Assembly (NCBI GenBank): GCA_009778475.1
Contig: WRJS01000003.1
Location: 1-63,672, forward strand
DNA: 63,672 nucleotides
Source of the DNA: Kiritimatiellota bacterium
Lineage (GTDB): Bacteria; Verrucomicrobiota; Kiritimatiellia; RFP12; UBA1067
Direction of reading: 5' to 3'
This document shows positions 28,616 to 34,552 of the stretch, piece by piece. The first letter of the stretch is position 1. Each line of letters starts with the position of its first letter. Both the position numbers and the translations under genes were made by a program. Under the pieces are notes generated by a model. That model had not been told where the DNA came from, did no database searches, and saw only the letters and a program-made list of their open reading frames with translations.

Positions 28616-28697
28616 TTTCTAGTTGCTAGTTTCTAGTTTCTAGAAGCAATGCCTCTAAACTGGAAACTAGAAACTAGCAACTAGAAACTAGAAACTA
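28613..28697. repeat. Inverted TTTCTAG/TTGCTAG heptamer arrays forming a 28-bp-stem hairpin
   Basis: The left arm (28613-28643) starts on the TAG stop of the ATPase. The loop is 28644-28662. The right arm (28663-28697) ends 2 nt before the pgpA ATG. Confidence 0.95.
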
Positions 28698-28699
28698 AA

Positions 28700-29266
28700 A
28701 TGAATACCTGCAAAGACAGTATCCGTTTATGCATCGGGAGCGCGTTCGGGCTGGGGCTGATGCCGGTTGCGCCGGGGTCGTTCGGGGCGTTGCTGGGCGT
28801 GGCGATGCACCTGGGGGTGGTATGGTGGGTTTCACCGTTCTACCGGATGGAGGCGTTGCTGGCGTGTTTCGTGGTGGTGTGCGCGGCGCATTTCATCCTG
28901 ACCCCGTGGGCGCAGAAATATTGGAACGACACCGACCCCAGCCATTTCGTGCTGGATGAGGTGGCGGGGTATCTGGTGACGGCGATGGTGCTGTCGTTTT
29001 TATACCCCCCCCGTAGTGTACTATTCTCTTTTGCTCTGGATTCCAGTAGGTGGTACTGCGTTGAATCCGCGCCGCTCTGGTTCACTATGCTTGCTGGCTT
29101 CCTCACCTTCCGCGTGTTCGACATCATCAAGCTGCCGGGCGCGCGTTACATCGACCGCAACTGGCATGGCGCGTGGGGGGTGTTGCTGGACGATATCGTG
29201 AGCGGCGTGTACGCCGCTGTGGTGGTTGCGTTGGGCGCATATTTTTTGAGGGGTGTGTTGTTATGA
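28700..29266 (+). CDS. pgpA: Phosphatidylglycerophosphatase A
   Basis: GLGLMPVAPGSFGALLGV near the N-terminus and FRVFDIIKLPGARYID...LLDDIVSGVYA near the C-terminus are typical PgpA motifs. Confidence 0.85.
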   Translation: MNTCKDSIRLCIGSAFGLGLMPVAPGSFGALLGVAMHLGVVWWVSPFYRMEALLACFVVVCAAHFILTPWAQKYWNDTDPSHFVLDEVAGYLVTAMVLSFLYPPRSVLFSFALDSSRWYCVESAPLWFTMLAGFLTFRVFDIIKLPGARYIDRNWHGAWGVLLDDIVSGVYAAVVVALGAYFLRGVLL

Positions 29267-30015
29267 AGACATGGTACTTGCTTCCGTTTATGATGGTGTT
29301 CGGGATACTGGTGGGGCGTTACCTGCCGAAGGATGAGCTGCGCACGTCCAAGGGGCAGCGCAAGCCGATCGCCGAGGAGGCCGCGCCGAGGAATGACGCG
29401 TTCAACAACCTGACGCGGATGATGCAGATCCCGGACCGGGCGTCGCGCCCGCGCCGTTCCGCGCCGCGTCAGACGCTGGACGTGGAGGTCGGCGAGCTCC
29501 CCGGGGAGGCGCGCGCTGAGGCGCCGCGGGAAGAAGGCGCGCGCGAGTCGCCGCGCGAGCGCCGCCTCCGCCGCCTGCAGGAGCAGGAGGCGTTCTCGCC
29601 CGAGGATCTGCGCGCGCGGATCGACGAGGCGAAAGACCTCTGGATGACGCGCGTGGCCATCGCCAAGGCTCAGGCGCTCGACAAGCTGCACCTCTCCGCC
29701 CCGGAGCAGGAGGCGTTCTTCGACAATGCCATCAACACCATGAACGAGTCGCTTGCGAACACGATCCTGCTGTTGACGGAGGAGCTGAAGAACGGGGCGG
29801 ACATCACGCCCGAGCTCGGCGCGCGCGTCATCAACGAGATGTCCTCGACCATGCTCACGGCGTATGACGACCTCGCCCAGCTGGTGCCGGAAGAGCGGCA
29901 GGGCGACGTCAGCGAGATGGAGCTTCAGAACTTCATCGACCCGGGCGTGATCGAGCCGCTTATCGACGTGCAGGACAGGTTCGAGGAGCTCGGCCGGCAG
30001 AGGGGGCTGCGGTGA
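29263..30015 (+). CDS. Membrane-anchored protein of unknown function
   Basis: ATG 29263 overlaps the pgpA stop (ATGA). It has an N-terminal helix MKTWYLLPFMMVFGILVG followed by a charged, Arg/Glu-rich region. Its stop overlaps the start of the next gene. Confidence 0.55.
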   Translation: MKTWYLLPFMMVFGILVGRYLPKDELRTSKGQRKPIAEEAAPRNDAFNNLTRMMQIPDRASRPRRSAPRQTLDVEVGELPGEARAEAPREEGARESPRERRLRRLQEQEAFSPEDLRARIDEAKDLWMTRVAIAKAQALDKLHLSAPEQEAFFDNAINTMNESLANTILLLTEELKNGADITPELGARVINEMSSTMLTAYDDLAQLVPEERQGDVSEMELQNFIDPGVIEPLIDVQDRFEELGRQRGLR

Positions 30016-30920
30016 TGTCCGCGCTGCTCCAGGTCTGGCGCATGACGTGCTACGAGTGGTTCGACGCGGTGCGGAGCCGCCGCGTGCTGGTGGCGCTGGT
30101 GCTCTACATGGCCGTGGCGGCCTGCACGATGTACTGGGCCATCAGTATCCTCGGGCAGCTTGAGGACGTGCTGGTCAAGGTCCTGCAGCTGCCGCAGTCG
30201 GAGCAGACGGGCATTGTCTCGACGACGCTGTGGAAGTCGAAGCACTTCCAGAACATGATGCAGAGCATGGCGCAGAGCAACGAGGTCTATCAGGACCTCT
30301 ACGGCAAGCACCCCGTGGAGCTCATCTACGCCTGGCTCCTTTTCTTCTACATGCCCATGCTGGTGGTGCTGGTGGCGGCCAACCGCATTCCCGAGGAGGT
30401 CGGGTCGGGGAGCGTGCGCTACGTCATGTTCCGCTCGACGCGCGGCGCGTGGGTGCTGGGGAAATTCTTCGGGCAGCTCTCGCTCATCGGGCTGGCGGTG
30501 CTGTGCAGCGGCGTGTGCGCGTACCTCGTCGCGCTGATACGGCTGGGGCGTTACGTGCCGCCCGACATCCTCTACAATATGCTGGCGTGGGCGGTGCGCG
30601 CGTGGGTGTATGCCGTGCCGTTCACGGGGCTGGTGATGGGTCTGTCGCTGTTCACGAAATCGCCCGGCAAGTCCACCATCGTCGGGATGCTGGCGATCAT
30701 GTCGTGCTTCATCGTGACGGTGCTGGTCGCGCATTTCACGACCTACACGGGCTGGCGCTTCTGCCTGCCGTACCTCGCCGCGCTGCTGCCGGCGGACTAC
30801 GAGATGCTTCTGTGGCGCAAGACCTTCATCCCGCTGGCGACCGGCACCGCCACGCTCGTCTCGCAGGGGTTCTTCTTCCTCGCCGCCGGGTACTTCTTCT
30901 TCCGCAAACGGGACTGCTAG
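30015..30920 (+). CDS. ABC-2-type transporter permease
   Basis: ORF 30012..30920 (GTG 30012 or ATG 30015, overlapping the upstream TGA). It has about six hydrophobic segments, no other motifs, and a partner ATPase downstream. Confidence 0.65.
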   Translation: MSALLQVWRMTCYEWFDAVRSRRVLVALVLYMAVAACTMYWAISILGQLEDVLVKVLQLPQSEQTGIVSTTLWKSKHFQNMMQSMAQSNEVYQDLYGKHPVELIYAWLLFFYMPMLVVLVAANRIPEEVGSGSVRYVMFRSTRGAWVLGKFFGQLSLIGLAVLCSGVCAYLVALIRLGRYVPPDILYNMLAWAVRAWVYAVPFTGLVMGLSLFTKSPGKSTIVGMLAIMSCFIVTVLVAHFTTYTGWRFCLPYLAALLPADYEMLLWRKTFIPLATGTATLVSQGFFFLAAGYFFFRKRDC

Positions 30921-30941
30921 GGAAGAAAATGGAGGAATAAA

Positions 30942-31041
30942 TGTTACACAGAGACCCACAGAGAATGCACAGAGACCCACAGAGAATTTCTCAAAAAAAC
31001 TCCGTGAACCTCTGTGTCAATCTCTGTGAACCTCTGTGTAA
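30942..31041. repeat. CACAGAG-word hairpin element (copy 1)
   Basis: Left arm tgttacacagagacccacagagaatgcacagagacccacagagaat, loop ttctcaaaaaaa, right arm ctccgtgaacctctgtgtcaatctctgtgaacctctgtgtaa. It lies between the permease stop (30920) and the ATPase start (31078). Confidence 0.9.
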
Positions 31042-31077
31042 GAAAATGCAAATGAAAAGGGTAACACGGTTTTATCC

Positions 31078-32034
31078 ATGACGACATCCGCACTCGACAT
31101 CCGCGACTTGGTGAAATGCTACGGCGCGCGCCGCGCGCTCGACGGCCTCACGCTCTCCGTGCCGCGCCACACCGTGACGGGGCTCGTCGGCTCCAACGGC
31201 GCGGGCAAGACCACGATGATGATGACCGTCGCGGGGTTCCTGCGCCCCACCTCGGGCAGCGTCAACCTGCTCGGGCAGGGCCCGTTCGACGCCGAAATCC
31301 ACAAGGGCCGCTTCGCCATCCTGCCGCAGGACTCCGACCTGCCGCTGGCCAGCCGCCCCCTTGAACTGCTCGTGCACTACGGCCGCCTGCAGGGCCTGCG
31401 CCGCGCGGCGGCCGAGCAGTCCGCCAAGGCCATGCTCGATGCCGTCCACCTCGGCGACCGCCTCAACTCCCCCATCCGCGCCCTCTCGCACGGGATGCGC
31501 AAGCGCGTGATGATGGCGCAGTGCTTCATCGGCAGCCCCGATCTCGTGCTGCTCGACGAGCCGCTCAGCGGGCTCGACCCCATCGAGGTCGCGCACATGC
31601 GCGGCTTCATCCTCCAGCGCAAGACGCACCAGACGATTATGATCAGCTCCCACAACCTGCACGACATCGAGCAGGTCTGCGACCACGTCGCGTTCGTCGA
31701 GAAAGGGCGCACCGTGCGCTTCGCCCGCATCGACGAGCTCACCGGCAAATCCAACATCCTCTCGTACCAGCTTGCCGGCACGCCCCCCGACATCCCCGCG
31801 CTGATGGCGGCCCTGCCCGGCGGCGCGACGCTCGACTTCAACCCCGCCAAGCTGACCCTCATCTGCCGCTACCCGTCCGCCACATTCGAGCCGCAGGAAA
31901 TCAACCAGATCCTGCTGCCGCCCCTGCAGGCCCAGTGCGGCCTCATCGCCATCACGCAGGGCAGCAGCCTCGAGGACGAATACCTCAAACACTCGCTGCG
32001 GGCGAAAGACAAAAGGTATAGTCATTTAAATTGA
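31078..32034 (+). CDS. ABC transporter ATP-binding protein (ABC-2 exporter subfamily)
   Basis: Walker A GSNGAGKTT, signature LSHGMRKRV, Walker B LVLLDEPLSGLD and H-loop SSHNL. Confidence 0.85.
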   Translation: MTTSALDIRDLVKCYGARRALDGLTLSVPRHTVTGLVGSNGAGKTTMMMTVAGFLRPTSGSVNLLGQGPFDAEIHKGRFAILPQDSDLPLASRPLELLVHYGRLQGLRRAAAEQSAKAMLDAVHLGDRLNSPIRALSHGMRKRVMMAQCFIGSPDLVLLDEPLSGLDPIEVAHMRGFILQRKTHQTIMISSHNLHDIEQVCDHVAFVEKGRTVRFARIDELTGKSNILSYQLAGTPPDIPALMAALPGGATLDFNPAKLTLICRYPSATFEPQEINQILLPPLQAQCGLIAITQGSSLEDEYLKHSLRAKDKRYSHLN

Positions 32035-32168
32035 TGTTGTCACATTATGGAATGCGGCAACATCAATTCCCCTGTGCCTCGCTCCTCCCGTTCCATCGAA
32101 ACTTTCATCTTTCAAATGCGTGGCGTTTCGGATATACTTGAGGTTTCACGTTAGGGCAAGTTGTGTCT

Positions 32169-32906
32169 ATGGGTTGGCAAGGGAAAATGATTGGCGGGAG
32201 TCTGGGGTCTTTCTTAGGGCCCCTGGGTACGGTTGTCGGCGCGACGGTCGGGCATTTCATGGTTGACCGGAAGGCCGCCGTGTCCAAGGAGAAGCAGGTC
32301 ATGCGTCTGCTGGCGATGACGGCCGGGGCGCTCCACGAGTTCGCCTGCTGCAACGGCCAGTACACCCGCGCGAAGGATGAGGTTATCCGCGCCATCGTCA
32401 CCGACCTGAACGCGAGCCTCGGCCGCCCGCTGGACGCGGCGAACCTGGCGTTCCTGCTCAACGGGCCCTCGCGCATTGACCGCGCGGTGGTGCGGCTGGC
32501 AGCGATGCTGCGCGAGCACCCGCCCGCGTCGGCGTGCGAGGCGTTGTCGTGGCTCTGGGTGGTGGCGGTGTGCGACGGCGGGCCGTCCGCGCAGGAGGAA
32601 AACCTGATTGAGGTGTTCGTCCGCCACGCCGGGATTTCGCCGCGGGACGCGCAGTTTGTCGCGGGCCATTTCGCGCGGCGGCCGCCCGTCGGCGGCGGCG
32701 CGGGGCGGCAGGACCGCCGCGCGGCCTGCGACACGCTCGGCGTGCCGTACTCGGCCTCGGTCGAGGAGATCAAGCGCGCCTACCGCACGCTCAGCCAGAA
32801 GTACCACCCGGACAAGCACGTCGCGCTCGACCCCGACATCCGCGCGTTGACGGCGGAGAAGTTCGCGCAGATCAAACGCGCCTACGATTCGCTCTGCGGC
32901 GGCTAA
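32169..32906 (+). CDS. djlA: DjlA-like co-chaperone (TerB-like domain plus C-terminal J domain)
   Basis: The Gly-rich membrane-proximal N-terminus MGWQGKMIGGSLGSFLGPLG resembles E. coli DjlA. The C-terminal J domain has YRTLSQKYHPDK (HPD motif). The track start GTG 32163 is also possible. Confidence 0.7.
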   Translation: MGWQGKMIGGSLGSFLGPLGTVVGATVGHFMVDRKAAVSKEKQVMRLLAMTAGALHEFACCNGQYTRAKDEVIRAIVTDLNASLGRPLDAANLAFLLNGPSRIDRAVVRLAAMLREHPPASACEALSWLWVVAVCDGGPSAQEENLIEVFVRHAGISPRDAQFVAGHFARRPPVGGGAGRQDRRAACDTLGVPYSASVEEIKRAYRTLSQKYHPDKHVALDPDIRALTAEKFAQIKRAYDSLCGG

Positions 32907-32929
32907 ACCGCATCATGGGAGGAGGCAGT

Positions 32930-34132
32930 ATGGAGACGGACACGCACGAGACGGAATGCGCCGCACACGGTCAGAAGGTCTGCTATGCTGGCGCATGGCG
33001 GCGGCTGGCGGCGTTCACGCTTGACTATTGCGTCGTGATTGCTTTGCTGCTGGCGGGCGGCTGGTGCTTTTCGCTGGACATGGGTGGTGTGTGGGTCCTG
33101 CCTGTTGGTCTTGCGCTGTTCTGGCTCTACAGCGCGGGGCTGGAGTCGTCCTCCTTGCAGGCGACGCTCGGGAAGTTCGCCGTGGGGCTTCGCGTCACGG
33201 GCGAGGAAGGCGGGCGCATCTCTTTCGCGCGCGCGGCCGCCCGTTCCCTCTGCAAGTTTTTCCCCGCCATCTTGTTTGTGCTTGCCGTCCTTGCAGACAA
33301 CAAGGTTGATTTTTTTGTCACCAATATCGTTTTCAACCTCGTGGTTGTGCTTACGTTTATCGCTTTCTTTTTCGTCCTGTGCGATCCGCAGAAGCGCGGC
33401 CTGCACGACATCGCGGTGCAGACGCGCGTTGCCCACCCGCATGTCTTCACATGGTGGCGGTACGGGGTGCATGTGTTCTTCTCGGGTCTCGGGGTGGCGC
33501 TCTTCGTGTTCGGTTTGATTTCCCCGACGCTTTATGATGGTGGCAAGAGGGTGCTTCGGGCAAACCTGACGGCCGTGGGCGTGCGAGGCAAGGATATTCA
33601 TGTCGCCATCTGCAATCTGCGGGCGGAGGCGGAGGCGCAAGGCAAGCCGCGCGGCGAGTTTTTCAGTCCGGGGGAGCAGGGCAAGAGGCACGCCACCAGC
33701 ACGGCGTATTTCAACGACCTCTTGGCGGCGGAGGTGCAGGGGATTGACATGACGAAGTTCGCCGGGGCGGGTGTGCGCGCGTCCATGACAAATATGCTGA
33801 CCGCAGAGAACAATATATGGGCGATCCTGATAAACGTGAAAGAGGACGACCCCGACACCCTCCCCCTGATGATCACGCGCAACGTGGACATCGACGCGCT
33901 GAACCGCGCGTTGAAGAAGGGCATCACCAAAGACGACTTCCGGACGCGCGTGGATCTCGGCACTGTCCACAAAGCACCGTTCGCCCAAAAGGGTTTTGTG
34001 ATGATACGCAAAAGCGGCGGCATTGCCAGTGCATCCAAAAAGAAGCACTATACCCTAGGCGTTATCTTCAATAAAACCGAGATCCCGCCCCGCCCCGAAG
34101 GCGAGCCGCCGCTGATGTACGTGGGCCCGTGA
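32930..34132 (+). CDS. RDD-family membrane domain fused to a pseudopilin-family globular domain
   Basis: ATG 32930 follows GGGAGGAGG. The N-terminal ~190 aa have the RDD pattern (WRRLAAFTLDY..., GLHDIAVQTRV) with about 3-4 TM segments. The C-terminal ~200 aa align by eye with the globular part of the prepilin-type protein at 52817-53584 (RGKDI.V, FAGAGV, ENN.W, ITRNVD, GFVM.RK.G). Confidence 0.65.
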   Translation: METDTHETECAAHGQKVCYAGAWRRLAAFTLDYCVVIALLLAGGWCFSLDMGGVWVLPVGLALFWLYSAGLESSSLQATLGKFAVGLRVTGEEGGRISFARAAARSLCKFFPAILFVLAVLADNKVDFFVTNIVFNLVVVLTFIAFFFVLCDPQKRGLHDIAVQTRVAHPHVFTWWRYGVHVFFSGLGVALFVFGLISPTLYDGGKRVLRANLTAVGVRGKDIHVAICNLRAEAEAQGKPRGEFFSPGEQGKRHATSTAYFNDLLAAEVQGIDMTKFAGAGVRASMTNMLTAENNIWAILINVKEDDPDTLPLMITRNVDIDALNRALKKGITKDDFRTRVDLGTVHKAPFAQKGFVMIRKSGGIASASKKKHYTLGVIFNKTEIPPRPEGEPPLMYVGP

Positions 34133-34276
34133 GTGACGCATGTTAAATTAACGCTGGAAATCCTGCCGGGGGAAGCTCGGCGCGTCGTCTATAGCGGCCA
34201 GAAGTTTGCGACGACGGTCGAAGGCAAAGCCCCCCTCATGTACCTGACCACAGGCAACATCGCGCACCCGCAGTGA
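34133..34276 (+). pseudogene. Orphan 3' fragment of a pseudopilin-family gene, in frame behind the preceding stop
   Basis: The same frame as 32930..34132 continues after TGA 34130-34132: VTHVKLTLEILPGEARRVVYSGQKFATTVEGKAPLMYLTTGNIAHPQ*. This closely matches the tail of 52817-53584 (VTRVVYLEQAFQTTVEGHAPLVYLTPDGIANPQ*). Confidence 0.55.
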
Positions 34277-34376
34277 GGGTGCGCCTTGCATCCTTTTGAT
34301 ATAGTAATTTAAGTGGCATGGGGGACGCAGGAGACCAAGGGGACGCAGGGGGGGCCATCTTCGTCGCCTTGGTCTC

Positions 34377-34528
34377 CTAGTGTCCTGTAAAATACAGATT
34401 TCATGATGGAGGGCGAGCGTCCTCGCGAGCCGTTGCCGCGCCAATGGGGTCCCCTGTCTCGCCATCCATATCACGCCATCCAAACAGGGTAATCCTTTAC
34501 TCGTCATCTGTGTTTTACAGGACACTAG
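34377..34528. mobile_element. MITE-like 152-bp element with 23-bp terminal inverted repeats
   Basis: ctagtgtcctgtaaaatacagat (34377-34399) matches the reverse complement of atctgtgttttacaggacactag (34506-34528) with one mismatch. The interior is a repeat also present at 53744-53880. No transposase is present. Confidence 0.35.
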
Positions 34529-34552
34529 GGGGGCTTGCCGCCGCACGCCATC

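Noticed and set aside
34130-34132. TGA as a selenocysteine codon giving a longer protein
   Set aside because: No SECIS-like stem-loop is apparent in the ~40 nt after the TGA. Nothing in the family suggests a redox Cys/Sec position at the extreme C-terminus. A relic of cassette replacement, or at most low-level read-through, is more economical.
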